Notes: generated by a model not told the origin, from the sequence alone. A DNA stretch of 63,507 bases from Candidatus Omnitrophota bacterium (GCA_043800065.1 JAZDNG010000039.1:1-63507); one strand, 5' to 3'; counted from the stretch's first letter, positions 55,401 through 63,397 are shown. A program made the numbers and translations.

Positions 55401-56169
55401 ATTCCGAGGAGAAATAGAAGAGCTTAAGCGCAAGCTCGAGTCAATGGGGACCGTAAATTTGGTAGCGATAGAAGAGCATAAAGAGCTGGAAGACAGGTTT
55501 AACTTTTTGAGCCAACAGCGCGAAGATCTTGTAAAAGCAAAAGAATCGCTCAAGGAAGCTATATCCAAGATAAACAAGACGACACGCAAGCTCTTCATGG
55601 AGACATTTGAAAAGATACAATTCGAGTTTAAAAATTATTTCCGGTATCTCTTCGGAGGCGGGCAGGCTGAGGTATTTCTTTTGGATGAACACGATGTCCT
55701 TGAATCGGGTATAGAAATAGCTGTCAGGCCGCCCGGAAAGAGACTGCAAAGTATCACCCTTCTTTCAGGCGGAGAAAAGGCGCTTACGGCGATATCGCTG
55801 ATATTCGCAATATTTAAAGTAAATCCGAGTCCGTTCTGCCTTTTAGACGAGGTCGATGCCCCCTTAGACGAATCTAATGTGGAGCGTTTTACCAAAGCGA
55901 TAAGGGAATTTACCAAGACATCGCAGTTTATCGTAGTTACCCATAACAAGCGCACTATCACGATGGCCGATGTTATGTACGGCATCACAATGGAGAAATC
56001 CGGTATATCCAAAATAGTTTCGGTAAAATTCCACGATGAAGCGAGAGCGCAGGCCGTGGCTTCGGAAGAGAAAGAGAAGGAACCCGTTCGACAAGCTCAG
56101 GGTTCGTCCCGAGTAGAGTCGGGGGACGAAGAGAAGAAAACGGCCGAGTCAGAGAAACTCCTCACCTAA
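52474..56169 (+). CDS. smc: Chromosome partition protein SMC
   Basis: Start trimmed to MYFKKLEIVGFKSF. Walker A GPNGCGKSN, long coiled coils, hinge, signature LSGGEKALTAISL, Walker B LLDEVDAPLD. Confidence 0.93.
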   Translation: MYFKKLEIVGFKSFAEKTKLYFEPGITTVVGPNGCGKSNIIDAIKWVLGEQSVKSLRGSTMEDVIFNGTDDREPINMAEVSLTLSNKDRNLSIDVDEVVVSRRLFRSGESEYLINKAPVRLKDVNELFMGTGIGAEAYSIIEQGKIDLIISSRPEDRRFIFEEASGITKYKSKRREAIRKLEDTDNNLLRVNDIVTEVKRQIDSITRQARKAERYKERFDRLKDLESKTAFYEYEILKREREEKESEASEIKDEITRISRDIEDLSSNLDSERISFAGIDAKFAQLQNSKFSKESLIEQNKNRIIVDKERIAELSARIESLKAEIISIESRHLSAQKLIEALENEFAVISDSEGAKVRVLEDEEKRLLEMEAEIRTSEKNVIDGRKNLVNYMAERSKSKNEIIKLTSDIQNRSVRLRRLSMEAEKVDEETRAAKEKLAEADRDFKDTENRLNNIRAEKDRILGEKEALLTSVKASEDELQKERDALITLESKKSFLEDLIKKHEGFIGGTKALLESLDKGDLKIEGIEGVLGNMVEAKRGFERAAEAALGDYIQCVVAKDRESALKAAEYLETTKKGRATFIVSNEITDSNEAAASHLLKDDIVGRLSDFITAKDSLKKVVAGLLGNTYLVESVDKAEKILHYISPDSSANVRLVTKKGEVLARGFIAGGSGAFGEDEGIIGRELRLKEASFAIESTRDIIGKMEAAKGDLSAKLLSLEEKIVSLESILREEETEYHSKKSRLLSVGEEDERLSEELSLLNLERGEIQDEVNDISSKKNDLEKCLVEIETEENNTHNLLVNSEEAIKNISREREEIVILITKVKTEIQAISKEKATLSQNIEAQRESFNTYSLSLAQKKDEIESSMRRADELSSEIEELGAEIVELSNEIRTITEEIARISANKEKNSSAIEMIEKRLAELYKLSNEDKDKDHNLNMKSSEISFKAETLRNRMAQLYKVDIDHDKVEYDPSSDWESFRGEIEELKRKLESMGTVNLVAIEEHKELEDRFNFLSQQREDLVKAKESLKEAISKINKTTRKLFMETFEKIQFEFKNYFRYLFGGGQAEVFLLDEHDVLESGIEIAVRPPGKRLQSITLLSGGEKALTAISLIFAIFKVNPSPFCLLDEVDAPLDESNVERFTKAIREFTKTSQFIVVTHNKRTITMADVMYGITMEKSGISKIVSVKFHDEARAQAVASEEKEKEPVRQAQGSSRVESGDEEKKTAESEKLLT

Positions 56170-56184
56170 ACGAAGGATCCCCCT

Positions 56185-57432
56185 TTACATAGCCGGTTCG
56201 TGCATTATTATCAGGTCTTTTCCCGCCTTTTTCGCCTTGTAAAGGGCGGCGTCAGCGGTTTTTATCAACGCGTCTTTATCCGCAACATCCTTAGGAAAAG
56301 TAGATATGCCGCAGCTGAAGGTAAATACCTTTTTAGGCTGGTATTCCTGGTTCGGGAAAAAATACTGTTGGACTTTTTCTCTTAACCTATGAGCTATGTG
56401 GTTGGCATCGTCTTTTGTGGTTTGAGGTAGAATGATGGCGAATTCCTCGCCGCCGTAGCGACAGACGCAATCTTTTTTACGGGATGCCTCGACCATAACT
56501 TTCGCCATCTCCTTTATTATAAAATCTCCGGCGACATGGCCGAAACGGTCATTATAGTTTTTAAAATCGTCGATATCCATCATGAGGAGGCTCAATGGCA
56601 TATCGGTTTCACGGGCCTTCTTTATCTCATTTGTCAGGGCAACTTGGAAATGACCGTGATTCCATAATTTTGTAAGCCAATCGGTATTCGATAAGTATAC
56701 GGTCTCTTCGTAAAGCCGCGAATTTTCTATAGCCAGTCCTGCGTGGTTGGCAAAAAGATTGAGCATGCGTACATCGGCTTTAGTAATAGGTTCTTGGGTA
56801 AATATATTGTCGGCCAATACTACTCCCACAACCTTGTCCTTTGCTTTTAAGGGCGCCGTAACAAAGTATTTTGTTCCGAGCATCTGCAAGTATCTATCTT
56901 CGGATTGCAAGCGCACTTCTTCCGCCAGGATTTCAAAAGACATGCCTTCCAGTGCGGTCAGGGCGATTATACCCTGGTTTTTGGTCATCGTGATTATGCC
57001 CTGTCCTTCGCTGAGCGGAATCCTTACGCTTTTTATAAGATTATGAAGCTGCGAATTCGAATCGCGCCTGAAGTTATCATAAGCATTTATCAGGTCTTCA
57101 AGAGCCATCTTTTTATCTTCTATACCCTTCCATATTCTTGTGGCCTCTTCGATGCTATGGGGGCCTATGCCCATTTTACCATCAAGTGTCTTGTCTTTTT
57201 CATTTAGCAGAAAGAGCATAGCCCTGTTAAATCCGAGCCCTTCGTGGGAAGTAACGGCCGTCAATATGATGTATAATATCTGTTCCAGCTCAAGAGTGGT
57301 CCGCATGGCATTAGAGACTTCGTAGAGAAGCGATAGCTCTGCCTTGACTCTTTCGAGCTCTTCCTTCAGCAGGGCGACTTGATCTTTGTCGCCTTTTCCC
57401 GTATTTTTCAGTTTCTCGCCTTCGCCGTTCAT
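56185..57432 (-). CDS. GAF-domain diguanylate cyclase (GGDEF)
   Basis: RYGGEEFAIILP active site, DIDDFKNYNDRFGH, and an N-terminal coiled coil plus GAF region. Convergent with smc (15-nt gap). Confidence 0.88.
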   Translation of the reverse strand: MNGEGEKLKNTGKGDKDQVALLKEELERVKAELSLLYEVSNAMRTTLELEQILYIILTAVTSHEGLGFNRAMLFLLNEKDKTLDGKMGIGPHSIEEATRIWKGIEDKKMALEDLINAYDNFRRDSNSQLHNLIKSVRIPLSEGQGIITMTKNQGIIALTALEGMSFEILAEEVRLQSEDRYLQMLGTKYFVTAPLKAKDKVVGVVLADNIFTQEPITKADVRMLNLFANHAGLAIENSRLYEETVYLSNTDWLTKLWNHGHFQVALTNEIKKARETDMPLSLLMMDIDDFKNYNDRFGHVAGDFIIKEMAKVMVEASRKKDCVCRYGGEEFAIILPQTTKDDANHIAHRLREKVQQYFFPNQEYQPKKVFTFSCGISTFPKDVADKDALIKTADAALYKAKKAGKDLIIMHEPAM

Positions 57433-57509
57433 ATGGACTATCTAATATACCCCAATAAGCAGGGAATGTCAATAGCGGCAGAAATGACGTAACCTTAATG
57501 TTATTTTAT

Positions 57510-57538
57510 TTGACATGCGGGAGATGGTAAGGTATAAT
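57510..57538 (+). promoter_or_regulatory. Consensus sigma70 promoter of the rib operon
   Basis: TTGACA, exactly 17 nt, TATAAT. It lies 8 nt upstream of the riboswitch. Confidence 0.7.
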
Positions 57539-57545
57539 ACCACCG

Positions 57546-57715
57546 ATCTTCGGGGTGAGGTGACCCGCCTTCGCCGTAGTAGAAACTTCATAGATGATAT
57601 GCTTCGGCGGACAGGGAATTCCTCGACCGGTAGTGAAAGCCTACGAGCCTTGCAATAGCGGGGCAGACCCGGCGCGATTCCGGGGCCGATAGTAAAGTCT
57701 AGATGGAAGAAGATT
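57546..57715 (+). promoter_or_regulatory. FMN riboswitch (RFN element)
   Basis: CTTCGGCGGACAGGGAATTCCTCGACCGGTAGTGAAAGCCTACGAGCC ... GGCAGACCCGGCGCGATTCCGGGGCCGATAGTAAAGTCTAGATGGAAGAAG matches the RFN consensus blocks. It sits upstream of ribBA. Confidence 0.85.
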
Positions 57716-57744
57716 AAAAACATGTGATTTTCGACTATTTTGCC

Positions 57745-57782
57745 ATGCCCCGGAGAAATGTCTACGGGGCATTGTTTTTTTA
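57745..57782 (+). terminator. Riboswitch expression-platform intrinsic terminator
   Basis: ATGCCCCG / CGGGGCAT 8-bp stem with a 12-nt loop, followed by TTGTTTTTTTT. Confidence 0.75.
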
Positions 57783-57846
57783 ATGAGCACATAACTTATG
57801 GAGCATTATTAGGCAATGGAGCGACATAAGTTATAGGTGCGAATTA
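57782..57846 (-). repeat. ATAACTTATG-family element, copy C (inverted), between riboswitch terminator and ribBA
   Basis: AATGAGCACATAACTTATGGAGC-N-GCGACATAAGTTATAGGTGCGA. The reverse complement aligns end to end with copies A and B. Confidence 0.7.
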
Positions 57847-57908
57847 ATCCCGCCGAGTGCGGGGTTGTCTGAGAAATATAATTCTTACGAGGCGGGATAA
57901 GGATTGAC

Positions 57909-59111
57909 ATGAAAGCCAATAACATGCAGGATATCATACGGGATCTAAAAGCCGGCAAAATGGTAATCGTCATGGATGACGAAAAGAGAGAGAACGAAGG
58001 CGATCTTGTCATGGCTGCGCCCAAAGTCCGGGCTGAGGATATAAATTTTATGGTCAGATACGGCCGGGGGCTTGTTTGCGTGCCCATGGAAGGGGCTATG
58101 CTGGATAGGCTGGGTATTTACTCAATGGTAGGGTCTCCGGGAGATCCTTTTAAGACTGCGTGGGCGGTATCTGTTGACGCAAAAAAAGGCGTTACTACGG
58201 GTATATCCGCAAAAGATAGGGCCCGTACCATACGGCTTTTAGGCAGTAAAAATACAAAGCCCGCAGACCTCGTAAAACCCGGTCATGTATTTCCATTAAG
58301 GGCGCGGGAAGGCGGCGTTCTTGTGAGAGCCGGCCATACGGAGGCGTGCGTTGACCTTATGAGGGTATCTTCGCTTTATCCTGCCGGAGTAATATGCGAA
58401 ATCTTAAATGAAGACGGTACAATGGCGCGCAGCCACCATTTGGATAAATTTGCCTTGAAATACGGCCTTAAGATATGCACTATAGCCGAGATCATAGAAT
58501 ACAGAAGAAAGCGCGAGAAGTTAGTGGAGAAATTGACAGAGACCCACATACCGACAGATGCCGGCAAATTCAAACTGGCAGTTTACGAATCCAAGATCGA
58601 CAAATCGCACCACCTTGCGCTGATAAAAGGAGAATGCGGGAAAAAACCTGTATTGGTCCGCGTGCACTCAGAATGCCTTACAGGTGACGTGTTCGGCTCG
58701 CACCGCTGTGATTGCGGGGAACAGCTTAAGCGCGCATTGAGGATTATCAGCAAGAATGGGAAAGGCGTCTTTCTGTATATGAGGCAGGAGGGAAGAGGTA
58801 TAGGCCTTGCCAATAAGCTTAAGGCGTACGCCCTTCAGGATGGCGGGCTTGACACGGTAGAAGCAAATGCCGCGCTTGGTTTTGATGCTGATCTTAGGGA
58901 TTATGGCATAGGCGCACAGATTTTGGCGGATCTGGGACTCAAAGAGATAATGCTTATCACGAACAATCCGAAAAAGATAATAGGATTGGAGGGTTACGGC
59001 CTGAAAGTGGTAGAGCGCGTACCGCTTGTGGTATCGCCAAATAAGGCCAATAAGAGATATCTGGAGACAAAAAAAGAAAAATTAGGACATTATTTAACAG
59101 TGCAAAAATAG
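57909..59111 (+). CDS. ribBA: Bifunctional DHBP synthase / GTP cyclohydrolase II RibBA
   Basis: DDEKRENEGDLVMAA and HTEACVDL (RibB half). VRVHSECLTGDVFGSHRCDCG and YMRQEGRGIGL (RibA half). Confidence 0.93.
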   Translation: MKANNMQDIIRDLKAGKMVIVMDDEKRENEGDLVMAAPKVRAEDINFMVRYGRGLVCVPMEGAMLDRLGIYSMVGSPGDPFKTAWAVSVDAKKGVTTGISAKDRARTIRLLGSKNTKPADLVKPGHVFPLRAREGGVLVRAGHTEACVDLMRVSSLYPAGVICEILNEDGTMARSHHLDKFALKYGLKICTIAEIIEYRRKREKLVEKLTETHIPTDAGKFKLAVYESKIDKSHHLALIKGECGKKPVLVRVHSECLTGDVFGSHRCDCGEQLKRALRIISKNGKGVFLYMRQEGRGIGLANKLKAYALQDGGLDTVEANAALGFDADLRDYGIGAQILADLGLKEIMLITNNPKKIIGLEGYGLKVVERVPLVVSPNKANKRYLETKKEKLGHYLTVQK

Positions 59112-59115
59112 ATAG

Positions 59116-59189
59116 GTAGCCCCTCGACGCGCTCGCATGCGTAAAAGCGAGCTCGCTTGCTCGGGGCGAATTTTTGCACGCAAAAATTC
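59116..59189. repeat. GTAG-prefixed CCCCTCGACGC...TTGCTCGGGGCG hairpin followed by GAATTTTTGC/GCAAAAATTC hairpin
   Basis: GTAG at 59116-59119. The imperfect hairpin has a UC/UC internal loop. It is followed by a perfect 10-bp palindrome ending at the ribH Shine-Dalgarno. Confidence 0.6.
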
Positions 59190-59199
59190 GGAGGCCAAT

Positions 59200-59664
59200 A
59201 TGGGAAATGTGGTGAAGGTCAATCTGATAGCAAAGGATAAGAAGTTCGGCGTAGTCGTTTCGCGCTTTAACGAGTTTCTTAGCTCAAAGCTCGTTGAGGG
59301 CGCGCTCGATACGCTTAAGCAGCATGGCGCCGATGATAAGTCAATAGACGTAATCTGGGTGCCGGGTTCTTTTGAAATTCCCATCGTGGCGCAGAAAATA
59401 GCTAAGTCAAAGAAATATGACGCGGTTATATGCCTTGGGGCGGTAATCCGCGGCGATACTCCGCATTTTGACTATATAGCAGGCGAAGTAGCCAAAGGAG
59501 TAGCCAAGGTTTCACTTGATACCGGCATACCCTGCATTTTCGGTGTGATAACTGCCGATAATCTGGAACAGGCGATAGAGAGGACAGGGGCGAAACAGGG
59601 CAATAAAGCGAGAGACGCAGCGCTCAGCGCTATTGAGATGGCGAATCTCCTTGAAAAAATCTAA
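59200..59664 (+). CDS. ribH: 6,7-dimethyl-8-ribityllumazine synthase RibH
   Basis: Start trimmed to MGNVVKVNL with GGAGG upstream. Contains [20 protein letters not shown] and [18 protein letters not shown]. Confidence 0.93.
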   Translation: MGNVVKVNLIAKDKKFGVVVSRFNEFLSSKLVEGALDTLKQHGADDKSIDVIWVPGSFEIPIVAQKIAKSKKYDAVICLGAVIRGDTPHFDYIAGEVAKGVAKVSLDTGIPCIFGVITADNLEQAIERTGAKQGNKARDAALSAIEMANLLEKI

Positions 59665-59678
59665 ACGGAGCCTATAAC

Positions 59679-60092
59679 ATGAGAAAAAGGACAAAAGCGC
59701 GCGAATACGCCCTAAAGGTTCTTTACCAGATAGAGATGACAAAGGACGGCTATGCGGATGCTTTGAAATCTTTCTGGGAAAGGGAATCTGAAAAAGAAGA
59801 TTCTATCGGTGAATTCGCAGGCCAGCTTGTAAAAGGCGTGGTCGAAAACATGAAAGAGATAGACGCGACCATAACAAAATACGCAACCAACTGGCAGATA
59901 GACAGGATGGCAGTCGTAGATAGAAATATACTCAGAATAGCTGCTTTTGAGATACTTCATCTTGACGATATCCCTCCGAAGGTCTCCATAAATGAGGCCG
60001 TAGATATAGCAAAAAAGTACGGGGACAAGGATTCGGGCAAATTTGTTAACGGCGTACTCGACAAGATAAACAAAATGAAAGAAAAGAAATGA
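59679..60092 (+). CDS. nusB: Transcription antitermination factor NusB
   Basis: RTKAREYALKVLYQ, DRMAVVDRNILRIAAFE, INEAVDIAKKYG. Follows ribH as usual. Confidence 0.9.
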   Translation: MRKRTKAREYALKVLYQIEMTKDGYADALKSFWERESEKEDSIGEFAGQLVKGVVENMKEIDATITKYATNWQIDRMAVVDRNILRIAAFEILHLDDIPPKVSINEAVDIAKKYGDKDSGKFVNGVLDKINKMKEKK

Positions 60093-60946
60093 AGAAGTTC
60101 GCAGATTTGCACGTCCATACCTTTCATTCTGATGGTACTTTTACTCCGGAGGAGGTCGTGAAAGTTGCTCATAAAAAGGGGCTATCGGCAATAGCGATTA
60201 CCGACCACGACTCGGTAGACGGGATAACGCCTTCCATGGCAGCGGCTAAAGAATATGGCATGGAGATAATACCCGGCGTAGAATTGACGGCCGAGGAAGA
60301 GAATCTCGAGATACACATACTCGGTTATTTTATCGATTGGAAAGCCGAGTGGTTTGAAGATAAACTAAAAAAGATACGCCAGGCGCGGCTCGAGCGTATT
60401 TACGCCATGGTGGATAAACTAAAAAGCGCAGGAGTGGACATAGACGCTGAAAAGGTTTTCAAGGTGAGCGGGCCGGGCGCGGTAGGAAGACTGCATTTAG
60501 CGATGGCCTTATACAATGAAGGTATTACGGCGTCAATAAGCGAAGCGTTCAGAAAATACATAGGAAATAAGTCGCCCCATTACGTTAGAAAATATAAGCT
60601 TACGCCCAAAGAGGCAGCAGATATGATAATAAAATTGGGCGGTGTCCCCGTATTGGCGCATCCGCGCGTATTGGCGAGAGATGACCTTATAGCGCGTTTT
60701 GTCGAAGACGGTATTCGCGGCATAGAAGTATACCATACCGAGCATGTCCCAAATGTTATGACGCGTTACGAAGAGATGGCATCGCAGCACGGTTTGCTGA
60801 TCACCGGCGGTTCCGATTGTCACGGTACCGGCAAAGGCGAGGTCCTTTTGGGTAAGGTCAAGATACCTTATTCGTTCGTGGAGGCCCTGAAAAAGGAAGC
60901 GGATAATATAAAAATGCAAAATGAAAATATTCCACCCGCGAGATAG
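60089..60946 (+). CDS. PHP-domain phosphoesterase (TrpH/YciV-like)
   Basis: ADLHVHTFHSDGT, ITDHDSVDG, AHP, GGSDCHG metal-ligand pattern. Confidence 0.8.
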   Translation: MKKFADLHVHTFHSDGTFTPEEVVKVAHKKGLSAIAITDHDSVDGITPSMAAAKEYGMEIIPGVELTAEEENLEIHILGYFIDWKAEWFEDKLKKIRQARLERIYAMVDKLKSAGVDIDAEKVFKVSGPGAVGRLHLAMALYNEGITASISEAFRKYIGNKSPHYVRKYKLTPKEAADMIIKLGGVPVLAHPRVLARDDLIARFVEDGIRGIEVYHTEHVPNVMTRYEEMASQHGLLITGGSDCHGTGKGEVLLGKVKIPYSFVEALKKEADNIKMQNENIPPAR

Positions 60947-62027
60947 AAAATATATGGCAATAGCCCTCTCTTTGGCCGAAAAGGGCACCGGCATGACTGC
61001 GCCGAATCCCGTCGTGGGCGCAGTTTTGGTGAAAAACGGCAGGATAGTAGCGGCTGATTACCACAGGAAAGCAGGCGCGGGGCACGCAGAAGCCCTAGCA
61101 ATAAAGCGGGCCGGCAAGGATGCGCGAGGCGCCACCTTGTATTGCACGCTCGAAGCATGCGCGCATTATGGGAAAACACCGCCGTGCGCTGATCTGGTAA
61201 TAAAAAGCGGCATAAAAAGAGCGGTCTTTGCGATGAAAGACCCCAACCCGCTAAACGATGGAAAAGGCCTGACTTGCCTAAAAAAAGCCGGCATAAAGAC
61301 AGAATGCGGCCTATTGGAGGATGAGGCGAGGAGCCTCAACCGTCCTTTTATAAAATTTATGAAAAAGCGCCTGCCGTACGTGACATTAAAGATTGCGCAA
61401 AGCCTGGACGGTAAGATAGCGGACAAAGAGGGACGCTCAAAATGGATCAGTTCGGAGGAATCGCGGCACCTTGTCCATAAATTACGCGCGCTAAATGACG
61501 CTGTTATGGTGGGCGTAAACACATTGATGAAAGACGACCCTCTTTTGAATAACAGGCATTGCCCCGCTTTTAAGAAACAGCCTTTACGGATAATTTTAGA
61601 TACCGATCTTCGCACTCCCAAGGCAAGCCGCATATTAAAAAACTCAAAAGGAGACGGCGCCATTTTAATAGCCTGCGGCAGGGGAGCTTCTTTAAAGAAG
61701 AAGAGGTCGCTGGAAAATAAGGGCGCAGAGGTTGTTCTTTTGCCGCGTGAAAATGGGCGCGTAAAGCTGATATCGCTTTTGAGATATCTATATGCTAGGG
61801 GAATTGTATCTCTTTTGTGCGAAGGCGGAAGCGAGTTATGCGCATCGCTGGTAAATAATCGGCTGGCCGACGAGGTATATTTTTTTATATCACCAAAAAT
61901 AATAGGCGGTAGATCCGCCCCCACAGCCTGCGGCGGGTCCGGTAGTTCCATAAAAGATGCGGCAGGGCTCAAAGATGTCAGAGTCGAGACGTGCGGGCCG
62001 GATATTGTAATAAGAGGAGAGTTTTGA
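60921..62027 (+). CDS. ribD: Bifunctional riboflavin biosynthesis deaminase/reductase RibD
   Basis: DRKYMAIALSLAEKG, PNPVVGAVLV, HAEALAI, TLEACAHYGKTPPC. Reductase half has the VTLKIAQSLDGKIA motif. Confidence 0.9.
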   Translation: MKIFHPRDRKYMAIALSLAEKGTGMTAPNPVVGAVLVKNGRIVAADYHRKAGAGHAEALAIKRAGKDARGATLYCTLEACAHYGKTPPCADLVIKSGIKRAVFAMKDPNPLNDGKGLTCLKKAGIKTECGLLEDEARSLNRPFIKFMKKRLPYVTLKIAQSLDGKIADKEGRSKWISSEESRHLVHKLRALNDAVMVGVNTLMKDDPLLNNRHCPAFKKQPLRIILDTDLRTPKASRILKNSKGDGAILIACGRGASLKKKRSLENKGAEVVLLPRENGRVKLISLLRYLYARGIVSLLCEGGSELCASLVNNRLADEVYFFISPKIIGGRSAPTACGGSGSSIKDAAGLKDVRVETCGPDIVIRGEF

Positions 62028-62662
62028 TGTTTTCAGGCATAGTGGAAGAGAGAGCGTTAGTCGAGAGGGTGGCAAGGAATATGTCCGGTGTAAAACTTTA
62101 CCTGAAGGCCGAACGTTTATCCCATGGCGCGAAAGTAGGCGACAGTATAGCCATAAACGGCATCTGCCTTACCATTGCTTCAATCGACAGGGACATTCTG
62201 CAATTTGATATTATGGCCGAAACATTAGAGGCGACGACGCTTTCCGATATAAAAGACCGCGATATAGTCAATGCCGAACGGTCGTTAAAGGTGGGCGATA
62301 GGATATCCGGACATTTTGTTACGGGCCACATAGATTGCGTGGGTGTTATAGGCGCAGTAAAAAAAGAGACAAACAATTATAAAGTTGAAATACGAGTCCC
62401 TGAAGACAAGGTGAGATACATTGTTCCTAAGGGGTCCGTTTCGGTTGACGGCGTAAGCCTTACGGTCACAGAAATCGCGCAGAGGTCTTTCAAAATAGCG
62501 CTCATACCTCTCACTTTGAAAGAGACATCGCTAAGCTCCAAGAAATCAGGAGATAGGGTCAATATAGAGTGCGATATTCTTGCCAAATATGCGCACGCCG
62601 GCATCGGAAGGGCCTCAGGCGATATAGATGCCGAGTTTCTGAAAAAGCACGGCCTCTTTTAA
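62027..62662 (+). CDS. ribE: Riboflavin synthase alpha chain
   Basis: Start trimmed to MFSGIVEE (TGATG overlap with ribD). Duplicated lumazine-binding repeats (GDSIAINGICLT and GSVSVDGVSLT). Confidence 0.92.
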   Translation: MFSGIVEERALVERVARNMSGVKLYLKAERLSHGAKVGDSIAINGICLTIASIDRDILQFDIMAETLEATTLSDIKDRDIVNAERSLKVGDRISGHFVTGHIDCVGVIGAVKKETNNYKVEIRVPEDKVRYIVPKGSVSVDGVSLTVTEIAQRSFKIALIPLTLKETSLSSKKSGDRVNIECDILAKYAHAGIGRASGDIDAEFLKKHGLF

Positions 62663-62676
62663 TACTTCCTATCCTC

Positions 62677-62704
62677 TTGACATTTGGGGAAATTAGATTA
62701 TACT
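62677..62704 (+). promoter_or_regulatory. Candidate sigma70 promoter
   Basis: TTGACA, 16-nt spacer, TATACT, 52 nt upstream of the 62756 ATG. Confidence 0.4.
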
Positions 62705-62755
62705 ATAGATATAGTCGAGTAATTGCAAGGGTGTACTTTTAAAACGGAGGAGATA

Positions 62756-63094
62756 ATGGGAAAAAAGATGGTAGTCATAGTAGTATCTGTGGTTCTTATA
62801 GGCCTATTTTCTATACAATCCACATGTTTTGCCCAGAACATGTTGAGAAAACTTGGCCGCGGATTGGCCAATGTTGCCACGGGCGCCATTGAGATTCCCA
62901 AAGCAATTCAGGATACCTTTTATGATGAGGGGCCGGTTGCTGCCGGAAGCTGGGGGCTAATAGACGGAATTTACAAATTTTTTGCAAGGACCCTGGTAGG
63001 GGTTTATGAGGTAGTCACTTTTCCGATACCGTTCCCTGCCGATTATGCACCTATTGTAGAGCCTGAATTTTTGTTTTCTCCGCACGAACAATAG
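62756..63094 (+). CDS. Small secreted protein resembling the exosortase-associated TIGR04073 family (tentative)
   Basis: Start trimmed to MGKKMVV with GGAGG upstream. Signal peptide ...CFAQN. KLGRGLANVATGAIEIPK and GVYEVVTFPIPFP motifs as I recall them for that family. Confidence 0.5.
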   Translation: MGKKMVVIVVSVVLIGLFSIQSTCFAQNMLRKLGRGLANVATGAIEIPKAIQDTFYDEGPVAAGSWGLIDGIYKFFARTLVGVYEVVTFPIPFPADYAPIVEPEFLFSPHEQ

Positions 63095-63171
63095 AATAGC
63101 CGCAATTTTGCTTATAGGGCCAGATCCTAAAAACGTAGTTAACATAACTAGGGTCTGACCCTCTTTTTTGG

Positions 63172-63200
63172 TTGACTGCGCCCTACATAAATACTATAAT
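63172..63200 (+). promoter_or_regulatory. Consensus-like sigma70 promoter with no downstream plus-strand ORF (faces hairpin elements and the antisense of tRNA-Ser)
   Basis: TTGACT, 17-nt spacer, TATAAT. Confidence 0.35.
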
Positions 63201-63226
63201 TTTCTATTACGGTACGATTATATAAT

Positions 63227-63302
63227 GTAGTCCCTCGGTTGCTCTTACTCATCGCAACCTCGGGATCAAATTTTGCTTGACGAAGTCTATAGGCAAAATT
63301 TG
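63227..63302. repeat. GTAG-prefixed TCCCTCGGTTGC...GCAACCTCGGGA hairpin followed by CAAATTTTGC/GCAAAATTTG hairpin
   Basis: Same two-module architecture as 59116-59189 and 24914-24971. The second hairpin ends 1 nt from the 3' CCA of the minus-strand tRNA. Confidence 0.6.
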
Positions 63303-63303
63303 G

Positions 63304-63397
63304 TGGCGGAGAGGCAGGGATTTGAACCCTGGATACAGGTTTGACCCCGTATAGCGGTTTAGCAAACCGCCGCCCTCGACCACTAGGCGACCTCTCC
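63304..63397 (-). tRNA. tRNA-Ser (anticodon GCT), CCA encoded
   Basis: Reverse complement reads GGAGAGG...CCTCTCC-G-CCA acceptor. Anticodon arm GCGGT-TTGCTAA-ACCGC. Long variable arm. T arm CAGGG-TTCAAAT-CCCTG. Confidence 0.9.

Noticed and set aside
52533-56094. Many long minus-strand and off-frame ORFs inside smc, and similar ones inside recG, the EF-G paralog, the secretin and gspF
   Set aside because: They are antisense shadows of Glu/Lys/Leu-rich coiled-coil coding sequence (translations are Ser/Phe/Leu-rich). None has an independent start context or family resemblance.
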